Below are positions 8,984 to 17,510 of a stretch of 64,000 nucleotides of DNA, piece by piece; the stretch's first letter is position 1, and each line of letters begins with the position of its first letter. The notes beneath the pieces are model-generated. The model worked only from the letters and a program-made list of their open reading frames with translations. It did no database searches and had not been told where the DNA came from. The position numbers were made by a program, and so were the translations under genes. This DNA is from Rhodobacter sp. (GTDB taxonomy: Bacteria > Pseudomonadota > Alphaproteobacteria > Rhodobacterales > Rhodobacteraceae): assembly GCA_020637555.1 (NCBI GenBank), contig JACKKF010000009.1, positions 13,835 through 77,834 on the forward strand, read 5' to 3'.

Positions 8984-9478
8984 ATGGCGGTTTCCACCGA
9001 TATCCTGCGCAGTTTCCGCGCCCCCCGCAGGGTTGTGCGGGGCCTTCTTGGCGACCGACGCGAGGCGCGCATCCTGGTCTATCTGATGGCCGCCTGCGCG
9101 TTGATCTTCATCGCGCAATGGCCCCGGCTGGCGCGCGAGGCCCATCTGTCCGACGCGGTGCCGCTGGATGCGTTGATGTCCGGCGCCCTGTTCGCCTGGC
9201 TGTTTGTCGCGCCGCTGGCCTTTTACGCGCTGGGCGGGGTGCTGACCCTGGTTCTGAAACTCGTCCGCGGCCAGGTCGAGCCCTTCGCGGTGCGTCTCGC
9301 GCTGTTCTGGGCGCTGCTGGTCGCCAGCATTCCCGCATTGCTCTATGGCCTGGTGGTCGGTTTCATCGGACCGGGGATCGAAGCCACGCTGACCGGCGGG
9401 CTGGTGATCGTGACCTTCGTGGGCATTCTTGTCGCAGGGCTGCGCGTTGCGCTTGAAGCGCCGCGCGCGGACGCATAG
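8984..9478 (+). CDS. multi-pass membrane protein, Yip1-like (family call tentative)
   Basis: 164-aa ORF with 4-5 hydrophobic helices, lying between sufD and sufS. Confidence 0.55.
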   Translation: MAVSTDILRSFRAPRRVVRGLLGDRREARILVYLMAACALIFIAQWPRLAREAHLSDAVPLDALMSGALFAWLFVAPLAFYALGGVLTLVLKLVRGQVEPFAVRLALFWALLVASIPALLYGLVVGFIGPGIEATLTGGLVIVTFVGILVAGLRVALEAPRADA

Positions 9479-9487
9479 GGATCGGGC

Positions 9488-10057
9488 ATGACCGCGATAC
9501 CCGCTCTCGTTCGACTGGCGCTGACCGATCCCGTGCAGGGCGGTCGGGCAATTCTGGCCCTGAATCCGCCCCTGCCGGTGCGCTGGATGCTGCTGGCCGC
9601 CGCGATCCTGGTCTCCGTGATCGGCGTCTACCTGCTGCCCGCCCTGCTGGGCCAGGCCGAGGATCTGCCCTCGCCCTTCCTGTTCACCGCGGCGCAGATT
9701 GCGTTGAACGTCGTCGTTGTCGCCCTGATCACCCATGTCGGCCGGCTGTTCGGCGGCCGTGGCCAGTTTCACGATGCGCTGTGGCTGGTCGGCTGGATGC
9801 AGGCGATCACCGCGCTGCTGCTGGCGCTGCAGATCGTGGTTCTGGTCGCGCTGCCGGTGTTGAACATGCCGGTCTTCATCGCCTCGGTTGCGATATCGCT
9901 GTGGCTTCTGGTCGGGTTCATCTGCGCGCTGCACGGGTTCAAATCGCGGATCATGGTGCTGACGGCCGGGGTGATGGTCTTTCTGATGGCCAGCTATGTG
10001 ATTTCCCTGGTGCTGCTGGCGCTGGGCTATGAACCCGCGGGGTTGAGTAATGTTTGA
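9488..10057 (+). CDS. multi-pass membrane protein, Yip1-like (family call tentative)
   Basis: 189-aa ORF with 5 hydrophobic helices. Its 3' end overlaps the sufS start by 8 nt. Confidence 0.55.
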   Translation: MTAIPALVRLALTDPVQGGRAILALNPPLPVRWMLLAAAILVSVIGVYLLPALLGQAEDLPSPFLFTAAQIALNVVVVALITHVGRLFGGRGQFHDALWLVGWMQAITALLLALQIVVLVALPVLNMPVFIASVAISLWLLVGFICALHGFKSRIMVLTAGVMVFLMASYVISLVLLALGYEPAGLSNV

Positions 10058-11270
10058 CGTTCAGGCGGTGCGCCGCGATTTCCCCATCCTGTCCCGGCAA
10101 ATCAATGGCAAGCCATTGGTTTATCTTGATAATGGGGCTTCGGCGCAAAAGCCGCAGGCAGTCATCGACGCGGTGACGCAGGCCTATTCGATGGAATACG
10201 CGAATGTTCATCGCGGGCTGCACACCCTGTCCAATCTGGCGACCGATCGCTACGAGGCGGTGCGGGGAATTGTCAGACGTTTTCTCGGTGCCGCCCATGA
10301 GGACGAGATCCTCTTCACCTCGGGCGCGACCGAGGGGATCAATCTGATCTCGTATGGCTGGGCGGCCCCCCGGATGCAGGCCGGGGACGAGATCGTCTTG
10401 TCGGTGATGGAACATCACGCCAACATCGTGCCCTGGCATTTCCTGCGCGAACGCCAGGGCGTGCGGTTGGTCTGGGTCGAACCCGAAGCGGACGGTTCGC
10501 TCGATCCGCAGCGGGTGCTGGACGCGATCACGCCCCGCACGCGCCTGGTCGCGGTGACGCATATGTCGAACGTGCTGGGCACCGTGGTGGACATCCGGAC
10601 CATCGTCGATGGCGCCCATGCGCGCGGGGTGCCGGTGCTGGCCGACGGGTCGCAGGCCGCAGTCCACATGCCCGTCGATGTCCAGGCGCTGGGGGTCGAT
10701 TTCTACCCGATCACCGGGCACAAACTGTATGGCCCCTCGGGTTCGGGGGCGATCTATGTCCGCCGCGAGCGTCAGGCCGAGATGCGCCCCTTCATCGGCG
10801 GCGGCGACATGATCCGCGAGGTCACGCGCGACGATGTGATCTACAACGATCCCCCCCACAAGTTCGAGGCGGGAACCCCTGGAATCGTTCAGCAAATTGG
10901 CCTCGGGGTGGCGCTGGAGTATCTGCAGGCGCTGGGGATGGACGCGATTGCCGCGCATGAGCGCACGCTGGCCTCCTATGCGCGCGAGCGGCTCAAGGGG
11001 CTGAACTGGCTGACCGTTCAGGGCGATGCCCCCGGCAAGGGCGCGATCTTCAGCTTCACCATGAACAACGGCGCGCATCCTCATGACATGTCGACGATTC
11101 TCGACAAGAAGGGGGTGGCTGTCCGGGCTGGACAGCACTGCACCGGCCCCTTGATGGATCACCTCGGCATTCATGCGTCCTGCCGCGCGTCTTTCGCGCT
11201 CTACAACACCGAGGCCGAGGTCGACGCCCTGATCGACGCGCTGGAATTTTGCCACCAGCTCTTTGGCTAG
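10050..11270 (+). CDS. sufS: cysteine desulfurase SufS (group II)
   Basis: FPIL....NGKPLVYLDNGASAQKPQAVIDA, ITGHKLYGPSGSGAIY (PLP lysine), RAGQHCTGPLMDHLG (active-site Cys). Confidence 0.95.
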   Translation: MFDVQAVRRDFPILSRQINGKPLVYLDNGASAQKPQAVIDAVTQAYSMEYANVHRGLHTLSNLATDRYEAVRGIVRRFLGAAHEDEILFTSGATEGINLISYGWAAPRMQAGDEIVLSVMEHHANIVPWHFLRERQGVRLVWVEPEADGSLDPQRVLDAITPRTRLVAVTHMSNVLGTVVDIRTIVDGAHARGVPVLADGSQAAVHMPVDVQALGVDFYPITGHKLYGPSGSGAIYVRRERQAEMRPFIGGGDMIREVTRDDVIYNDPPHKFEAGTPGIVQQIGLGVALEYLQALGMDAIAAHERTLASYARERLKGLNWLTVQGDAPGKGAIFSFTMNNGAHPHDMSTILDKKGVAVRAGQHCTGPLMDHLGIHASCRASFALYNTEAEVDALIDALEFCHQLFG

Positions 11271-11323
11271 GTGGTTTTGCCCGTTGCAGCCCCGCCTTGC
11301 GGCCGCTATAGACGGGGCACGCC

Positions 11324-11400
11324 GCACCCATAGCTCAGCTGGATAGAGCGTTGCCCTCCGAAGGCAAAGGTCAGAGGTTCGAATCCTCTTGGGTGCGCCA
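11324..11400 (+). tRNA. tRNA-Arg (anticodon CCG), CCA encoded
   Basis: Manual fold: acceptor GCACCCA/TGGGTGC, D arm GCTC/GAGC, anticodon stem TTGCC/GGCAA with loop CTCCGAA, T arm AGAGG-TTCGAAT-CCTCT, discriminator G plus CCA. Confidence 0.95.
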
Positions 11401-11403
11401 TTT

Positions 11404-11434
11404 CCCCGATCCGTGACTATCCCCGATCCGTGAC
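11404..11434. repeat. 14-nt direct repeat CCCCGATCCGTGAC, two copies, period 17, starting 4 nt after the tRNA 3' end
   Basis: Read directly: copies at 11404-11417 and 11421-11434, separated by 'tat'. Confidence 0.8.
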
Positions 11435-11560
11435 ATGGGGGCCGCATCGCCGGCCGGACCCGCGCATGCGGCGCCGATCCGCCTGACGGCGCCCCCCTGC
11501 ATTGCGCCGCGCCCCCGGTCGTGACACGCTGGACGCGAGTCATGCGTGCGCGGGGGGCCT

Positions 11561-13105
11561 ATGGTCAAGCTGTTCAAGTGGGTCGCCGGTGTCGTCGTGG
11601 TGCTGGCGTTGGCGGTGATCGTCGGTCGCTGGTTCTTCCCCTTGCCGGATATCTCCCGACGATCGCCCGACATGGCGATTGCGGCCAGCGCGGACACCAC
11701 GCTGGGCGGTGCCATGGCGCAGGGCATGGCGGCGCACCCCGGGCAGACCGGGGTTCTGCCCCTGTCCGACGGGCATGACGCCCTGGCGAGCCGTCTGGCC
11801 TTGATCGACCGGGCGCAGGTTTCGATCGACGTGCAATACTACATCTGGCATGCCGACACCTCGGGCATCATGCTGCTTGCGGCCCTGGAACGCGCGGCGC
11901 GGCGCGGGGTGCGCGTGCGGCTCCTGCTGGATGACAACGGCATTGCCGGGATGGATCCGATCCTGGCGGCGCTGAACGCGGAACCCGGCCTGTCGATCCG
12001 GCTGTTCAACCCGTCCACGGTGCGTCGGCCCAAATTGCTGGGGTTCGCGCTGGATTTCCTGCGGATGAACCGGCGGATGCACAACAAGGCACTCATCGTT
12101 GACGGTGCGGCGGCGATCCTGGGCGGGCGCAACATCGGGGATGAGTATTTTCAGGTCAGCCAGGACTATTTCGTCGATATGGACGTGCTGGCCCTGGGAA
12201 CCGTCGTTCCCGAGGTCGCGGCAAGCTTCGATGCCTATTGGAACAGCGACTCGGTCTTTGCGCTGGAAAGCCTGGTGTCCGGGCCGGGCGATGCGGAGGG
12301 TTTTGCCGCGCGGGTCGCCGCCCTGGGCACCGATCCCCAGGCGCAGGCCCTGGCCACCCGCATCACCGACAGCGTCGGTGCCTATCTGGCGCGTCGCGCG
12401 GCGCTGGAGTGGACCGAGGTGCGGCTGTTCGCCGACGATCCGGCCAAGGGTGCCGGGATGGCGCGACGCGAGGACCTGATGCTCAGCCGGCTGGCGCCGG
12501 TGATCGCCAGCACGCAGGAGCGGTTCGACCTGGTCTCGGCCTATTTCATCCCGGGCGAGGCGGGCACGCGGGCGCTGATCCGGTTGGCGGGCGAGGGGCG
12601 TTCGGTGCGGGTGCTGACCAATGCCATGGACACCACCGATGTCGTGATGGTGCACGCGGGCTATTCGCGCTATCGGCGCGCGCTGCTCGAAGCCGGCGTG
12701 CAGCTTTACGAGATGAACCTGCGGGGCGAAGGGGCCAGGGCGGTGGCGCCGGTGGTGCCGCTGGGGTTGTCCGGTGGCAGCCTGCACGCCAAGACCTTTG
12801 CCATCGACGACCGGCTGGTGTTCGTGGGGTCCTTCAATTTCGATCCCCGGTCGGCGCTGCTGAACTGCGAGATGGGGTTTGTCATCGACAGCCCGGTCAT
12901 GGCCCGGCGCGTTCACGCCGCGTTCGAGCGCCAGATCCCCGAGGCCAGCTACCGCCCCGAGATCACCGCCGACGACCGCATGGTCTGGCACGAGACCCGC
13001 GCGGATGGCCAGACCGTCACCTGGCAACAGGAACCGGGCGCGAGCTGGTTCGATCAGGCCCTGCTGGGGCTGGTGCAGCTCTTGCCGGTGGAGTGGCTGC
13101 TCTAG
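11561..13105 (+). CDS. phospholipase D / cardiolipin synthase-like family protein with an N-terminal membrane anchor
   Basis: Two HKD motifs: RRMHNKALIVDGAAAILGGRNIGDEY and SLHAKTFAIDDRLVFVGSFNFDPRS. The start could instead be GTG 11546. Confidence 0.8.
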   Translation: MVKLFKWVAGVVVVLALAVIVGRWFFPLPDISRRSPDMAIAASADTTLGGAMAQGMAAHPGQTGVLPLSDGHDALASRLALIDRAQVSIDVQYYIWHADTSGIMLLAALERAARRGVRVRLLLDDNGIAGMDPILAALNAEPGLSIRLFNPSTVRRPKLLGFALDFLRMNRRMHNKALIVDGAAAILGGRNIGDEYFQVSQDYFVDMDVLALGTVVPEVAASFDAYWNSDSVFALESLVSGPGDAEGFAARVAALGTDPQAQALATRITDSVGAYLARRAALEWTEVRLFADDPAKGAGMARREDLMLSRLAPVIASTQERFDLVSAYFIPGEAGTRALIRLAGEGRSVRVLTNAMDTTDVVMVHAGYSRYRRALLEAGVQLYEMNLRGEGARAVAPVVPLGLSGGSLHAKTFAIDDRLVFVGSFNFDPRSALLNCEMGFVIDSPVMARRVHAAFERQIPEASYRPEITADDRMVWHETRADGQTVTWQQEPGASWFDQALLGLVQLLPVEWLL

Positions 13106-13110
13106 CCGCG

Positions 13111-14670
13111 TCAGAAATCGGTCGGGGCGCCGCCTTCGGCTTTGCGGCGGGCGACGAAATCCTGCAATTCCTCGCGGATGGCGGGGTCCATGGGCGGGGC
13201 CTCGAATGTGTCGACGATGCCGCGATAGATGCGATGCGCGCGTTCGGGGGTTTCGATGGCGCCATCCTGGGCCCAGGCCTCGAAGTTGCGCCAGTCGCTG
13301 GCGATCGGGCTGTAGAAGGCCGAGGTATAGCGCGCCTGGGTGTGGGCGCAGCCGAAATAGTGGCCGCCCGGGCCCACTTCCTTGACCGCGTCAAAGGCGA
13401 TGTCATCGGGGGCGGTCGCAAAGGTCGCGGGTTCGAAATACCGCTGGATCATCTGCAACACTTCGCAATCCATGACGAATTTCTCGGGGCTGGCGATCAG
13501 CCCGCCCTCCAGCCAGCCGGCGGCGTGATACACCATGTTCGTCCCCGATTGCACCGCCGCCCACAGCGAGTTCGACGTTTCCCACATCGACTGACCATCG
13601 GGGATGTTCGCGGTGCAGACCCCCGAGGACCGCAGCGGAAGGCCGTAGAACCGCGCCAGTTGCCCGGTGATCTGCGTTGCCCGCATGTATTCGGGCGTGC
13701 CGAAGGCGGGCGCGCCCGAGCGCATGTCCACATTCGAGGTGAAGGTGCCGATCCCCACCGGACAGCCGGGCGCCGCGTATTGCAGCAGCGCGATCGCCGC
13801 CAGCCCCTCGGCGATCGACAGCGCGACCGCGCCCGCCATGGTCACCGGCGCCATGGCGCCTGCCAGCGTGAAGGGCGTGACGATCACCGGCTGGCCCCGC
13901 CGCGCCATCCTGAGGGCGCCGTCGATCATCGGGAAGTCATGCTTCAGCGGACTGACCGAGTTGATGTTCGTGAACATGCGCGGGCTTGCATCGAATTCGG
14001 CATGGGTCAGACCGCCGGCGATGCGGACCATTTCCATCACGTCCTCGACCCGTTCGCGCCCCAGGCTGTAGGCATGGGCGACCTTGTCGGTCAGGGTCAG
14101 CTTTTCATAAAGGCAGTCGAGGTGACGCACCGAGGGATGGATATCGACGGGTTCGACCGGATAGCCGCCCAGCATGTGGATGCAGTTGAAGGCCTGCGAC
14201 AGCATGATGAACTCGCGGTAGGTGGCGAAATCGCCCGACCGCTTGCCGCGCACGATGTCCCAGGCGTTGGGCGGGCTCGACACGTTCAGAAACACCATGT
14301 GCCCGTCGCCGATGGTCACCTGACGTTCGGGATTGCGGGGCGTGATGGTGAAGGACGCCGGCGCGCGGCGCACCATCTCCATCACGAAATCCTCGTCCAT
14401 GCGGACGGTCTGGTCCTGCACCCGGCAGCCCGCCTGGCGGAACAGGTCCAGCGCCTCGTCGTTCAGGAACACGATGCCGATCTCGGACAGGATGCGCATC
14501 GCGCCGCGATGGATCGCCGCGACGCCCTCGGGGCCGATCGGCTCGGTCGGGCGGTCGGGGTTCCGGGGGATCCGCCAGGGCATCTGGTCCAGGTGGAAAC
14601 CGCTGGAACGGCGCGCATTGCCGTCGCGCCCGCCGCTTCGCCGTTTGCGGCCCGTGATGTCCTCGGCCAT
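13111..14670 (-). CDS. trimethylamine methyltransferase (MttB) superfamily protein, non-pyrrolysine type
   Basis: 519-aa uninterrupted ORF with no in-frame amber codon. It has the overall MttB-family pattern, e.g. ..VNHSPLKHD-like SVSPLKHDFPMIDGAL, TPFTLAGAMAPVT, VYHAAGWLEGGL. Confidence 0.85.
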   Translation of the reverse strand: MAEDITGRKRRSGGRDGNARRSSGFHLDQMPWRIPRNPDRPTEPIGPEGVAAIHRGAMRILSEIGIVFLNDEALDLFRQAGCRVQDQTVRMDEDFVMEMVRRAPASFTITPRNPERQVTIGDGHMVFLNVSSPPNAWDIVRGKRSGDFATYREFIMLSQAFNCIHMLGGYPVEPVDIHPSVRHLDCLYEKLTLTDKVAHAYSLGRERVEDVMEMVRIAGGLTHAEFDASPRMFTNINSVSPLKHDFPMIDGALRMARRGQPVIVTPFTLAGAMAPVTMAGAVALSIAEGLAAIALLQYAAPGCPVGIGTFTSNVDMRSGAPAFGTPEYMRATQITGQLARFYGLPLRSSGVCTANIPDGQSMWETSNSLWAAVQSGTNMVYHAAGWLEGGLIASPEKFVMDCEVLQMIQRYFEPATFATAPDDIAFDAVKEVGPGGHYFGCAHTQARYTSAFYSPIASDWRNFEAWAQDGAIETPERAHRIYRGIVDTFEAPPMDPAIREELQDFVARRKAEGGAPTDF

Positions 14671-14822
14671 GCGCCTGTCTCCGTGATTGATCGTGGCGAA
14701 ACCTTGGAGCGGGCCGGGGGGCGCGTCCAGATGAGTTTAGTGCGCAGCCGCGTTGCCCGAAGGCGGCGCTCGGCCCCCGTCGAGGGGGCCTCGCGCCGGT
14801 GGGGGCCAGCCCCCACGCCCCT

Positions 14823-14881
14823 GCCGGGAGGATTTTCCATCCTCCCGGACCCTCCTGGAGGATATTTGAGGCACAAAGATG
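14823..14881. repeat. 59-bp intergenic repeat, copy 1 (hairpin CCGGGAGGAT-tttcc-ATCCTCCCGG, then CCTCCTGGAGGATATTT..GGCACAAAGATG)
   Basis: 57/59 identical to 20123-20181 in the same orientation. GC-rich hairpins lie immediately to its left (14771-14790, 14800-14816). Confidence 0.85.
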
Positions 14882-14925
14882 CGCAGGGTTTGCAATGGCT
14901 TGATGCCCGATCGGGCGCGCGGGGG

Positions 14926-15804
14926 TCAGTCCGCGCGCACCGTGAGCCGGCGCACCCAGGCCGCGGCTTCATGGGCATGGATCGCGGCGTGGCGGATATG
15001 GGCGTCAAATCCCTGGGCGAGATCGCGGATCAGGGGTTTCGAGCGGATCAGCAGATAGGTGTCGCCGGTGTAGATCGCCGCGCGCTGATAGCCGAAGATC
15101 GTCATCGGGGGCGCGAACCGTTTGCGCCCGTCGAACAGATACATGCGAAAGGCAGGGTAGAGGTCGTCAAGCGTGGCGGCGATGTGGTGAAGTTGCGCAG
15201 CGCGGTCGCGCGCCGCAAGTCCGCCCCAGGTGCCGGTTCCTTCTGCGAAAATCTCGAGTGTTTGCAGCGGCATGCACATTTCGATATCGGATTCGGGCAG
15301 GCGCGAGACGTGCAGCCTGCGGTCGGTCTGGCGTTGCAGGCGGCGGCGTTCCTGGTCGTTCGACGCGGCCTGGAAGGCGATCACGGCGGGGGTGCGCATC
15401 AGATCGGGCAGCCAGGCGGGGACATAGCGGACCTTCTGTCCGGTTGCCTCGTGGTGCCAGCGTTCCATCGCGGTGCGGTTTTCGGCGTCCAGCGCCTGCT
15501 CGGTCTCGACCGCGTTCAGCACCTGCGCGGCATTGCCGCGTTCATCGGTCAGGCCCAGCAGCCAGTCGGTCGAGATCTGGAACCGCGCGGACAGCGCGAT
15601 CAGCGTTTCGGCCCGGGGCAGGCGGGGATTCTGGCCGGAAATCAGCTGCGACAGCGCCGATCGGTCGATGGCGATCTCGGCGGCAAAGGCGGACTGGGTC
15701 AGCCCGGACTGGGCCAGAACCTGCGTCAGGCGGTTGCGAAAGATCTCGGCGGTCTGGCGCTTTCCCAAGGTGCGGTGTCCTGTATTGGTGGCTTCAGTAA
15801 ACAT
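14926..15804 (-). CDS. XRE-family HTH transcriptional regulator with a C-terminal domain of about 200 aa of unknown function
   Basis: N-terminal FRNRLTQVLAQSGLTQSAFAAEIAIDRSALSQLISGQNPRLPRAETLIALSARFQISTDWLLGL is a classic Cro/C1-type HTH. Confidence 0.8.
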   Translation of the reverse strand: MFTEATNTGHRTLGKRQTAEIFRNRLTQVLAQSGLTQSAFAAEIAIDRSALSQLISGQNPRLPRAETLIALSARFQISTDWLLGLTDERGNAAQVLNAVETEQALDAENRTAMERWHHEATGQKVRYVPAWLPDLMRTPAVIAFQAASNDQERRRLQRQTDRRLHVSRLPESDIEMCMPLQTLEIFAEGTGTWGGLAARDRAAQLHHIAATLDDLYPAFRMYLFDGRKRFAPPMTIFGYQRAAIYTGDTYLLIRSKPLIRDLAQGFDAHIRHAAIHAHEAAAWVRRLTVRAD

Positions 15805-15874
15805 GCGTTACCAAAAACGTCAATCCGGGACCGGGGTGCCGCATACAAGCCTCTTGCCCCGCGCGCGGAATTCT

Positions 15875-15888
15875 GGACACTTCTGTCC
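15875..15888. promoter_or_regulatory. palindrome GGACA-cttc-TGTCC in the divergent XRE/desaturase intergenic region (candidate operator)
   Basis: Read directly. It lies 22 nt upstream of the ATG at 15910. Confidence 0.25.
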
Positions 15889-15909
15889 GATACGCCTGCG
15901 GAGTCGCCC

Positions 15910-16806
15910 ATGCGCCTGGAATGGCCCACCCTCGGATTGATTGTCGTGTGCTACGGGGCCTGGCTGGCCGCCGGGTTCTGGCTGTGGCCGGTCGCGTCGG
16001 TGCTGGCGCTTGCGGTCATGGCGGTGACCGCGGCGCTGCATTCGTCCCTGGTGCATGAATGCCTGCACGGCCATCCCACGCGCTCGCGCCGGATCAACGA
16101 GGCGCTGGTCAGCGTGCCGCTGTCCCTGGCCTATCCGTTCCGGCGCTACAAGGCGACGCATCTGCAGCACCACCATGACGACCGCCTGACCGACCCGTTC
16201 GACGATCCCGAAAGCTATTACCGTGCCCGTTGGCAGTATGACCGCTTTCCCGCCTGGCTGAAGACGCTGCTGCGCTGGAACAACACGTTGCTTGGCCGGG
16301 TTGTGCTGGGACCGTGGCTGGTGGCGGGGGCGTTCTTTGTGAGCGAGGCCGCACTGATCCGCAGCGACGCGCGCGGCGTGCGCCTGGCCTGGGCGCTGCA
16401 TCTGCCCGCGGCGCTGCTGGTGTTGGCCCTGGTCTGGGTCATGGGCATTCCGCTGTGGCTCTATGTCGTCGCGGTGTGCTGGCCCGGCCTGTCGCTGATC
16501 GCGATCCGCACCTTTGCCGAACATCGCTGGCATGAAACACCCGAGGGGCGCACGATCATCGTCGAACGTTCGCCGCTGGCCTGGCTGTTTCTCTACAACA
16601 ACCTGCATATCGTGCATCACCGGTTGCCTTCGGCGCCGTGGTATCGCCTGCCGCACCTGTATCGCGACCGCCGCGAGGAATGGCAGGCGATGAACGGCGG
16701 CTATGTGTTCCCGAACTATCTGGCGCTCTGGCGGCGCTGGGGGCTGCGGGTCAAGGAGCCCGTCGTTCACCCCGTCCTGCGCCGCGACGCGGGACCGGCG
16801 GCATGA
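15910..16806 (+). CDS. membrane fatty-acid-desaturase-family di-iron protein (298 aa)
   Basis: Three His boxes (HECLHGH, HLQHHH, HIVHH) plus N-terminal TM helices. It is the tail of the artefactual 1522-aa track ORF. Confidence 0.85.
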   Translation: MRLEWPTLGLIVVCYGAWLAAGFWLWPVASVLALAVMAVTAALHSSLVHECLHGHPTRSRRINEALVSVPLSLAYPFRRYKATHLQHHHDDRLTDPFDDPESYYRARWQYDRFPAWLKTLLRWNNTLLGRVVLGPWLVAGAFFVSEAALIRSDARGVRLAWALHLPAALLVLALVWVMGIPLWLYVVAVCWPGLSLIAIRTFAEHRWHETPEGRTIIVERSPLAWLFLYNNLHIVHHRLPSAPWYRLPHLYRDRREEWQAMNGGYVFPNYLALWRRWGLRVKEPVVHPVLRRDAGPAA

Positions 16807-17510
16807 GGCTGGCCAGCCTGCCGATGTACGACTGGCCCGAGTCGCGCGACGAGACGCTGGCGGAATGGGCGCGGATCCGGTCGGCATGGGCGGATCTGCC
16901 CGATCTGACCGCGCCCGACTGGTCCGACATCGATGGCTATTGGCGCAACCCCGATCTGGTGTTCAGTCAATGCTGCTGGGGTCCACTGTCCCTGGGCCTG
17001 ATCGACTGGCTCAAACCCCTGGCGCAACCCGACTATTCCGCGTTCGAGGGGGGCAGGGGGCCATGGTATCGGTCGGCCCTGATCGCGCGTGAGGGTGCCG
17101 CCTGTCCGGTGCCCGGGACGCCGGCGGCGTCGCTGCCCGACCTGGCGGGCAAGAGATTCGGGTTGAACGGGCGCGACTCGCTGTCCGGCTATCTGTCGGT
17201 GAAGGAGGACCTCGGCGCCGATCCCTGCGATCTGGCCGCGGCCTGCGTGGTCACGGGCGGGCACCGGGGTTCGGTGATCGCCGTGGCCGAGGGGCGCGCC
17301 GACATCGCCGCCATCGATTGCCGCAGCTGGGATCTGGCACGTCGTTTCGAACCTGCCGCGCAAGGGCTGGTCGTGGTCGGCTGGACGGCAGAGCGCCCCG
17401 GGCTGCCCTATGTGACCAGCCGCGCGACCGACCCGGCGCTGGCGGCGGCGCTGCAATCGCATCTGAGACATCTGGGCTGCCATCCGCTGCCCCAAGGGAG
17501 AGAGAAATGA
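16803..17510 (+). CDS. PhnD/SsuA-like periplasmic-binding-protein-fold protein with no signal peptide
   Basis: ATGA overlap with the desaturase stop. MRLASLPMYDWPE.. and ..GYLS......GGHRGSV.AVAEGRADIAAID.. resemble the phosphonate-binding (PF12974-type) fold. Family call is from memory. Confidence 0.65.
   Translation: MRLASLPMYDWPESRDETLAEWARIRSAWADLPDLTAPDWSDIDGYWRNPDLVFSQCCWGPLSLGLIDWLKPLAQPDYSAFEGGRGPWYRSALIAREGAACPVPGTPAASLPDLAGKRFGLNGRDSLSGYLSVKEDLGADPCDLAAACVVTGGHRGSVIAVAEGRADIAAIDCRSWDLARRFEPAAQGLVVVGWTAERPGLPYVTSRATDPALAAALQSHLRHLGCHPLPQGREK

Noticed and set aside
11401-13105. Genomic island or prophage integrated at tRNA-Arg
   Set aside because: No integrase, excisionase or phage genes follow the tRNA, and the next gene (PLD family) has native GC-rich codon usage. 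Only the short tandem repeat is retained, as a low-interest finding.
12238-16806. Giant 1522-aa plus-strand ORF
   Set aside because: Only the last 298 codons (from ATG 15910) encode a real protein, the desaturase family member with His boxes. The remainder is antisense to the MttB-family and XRE genes and reads as low-complexity Arg/Gly/Ala text.
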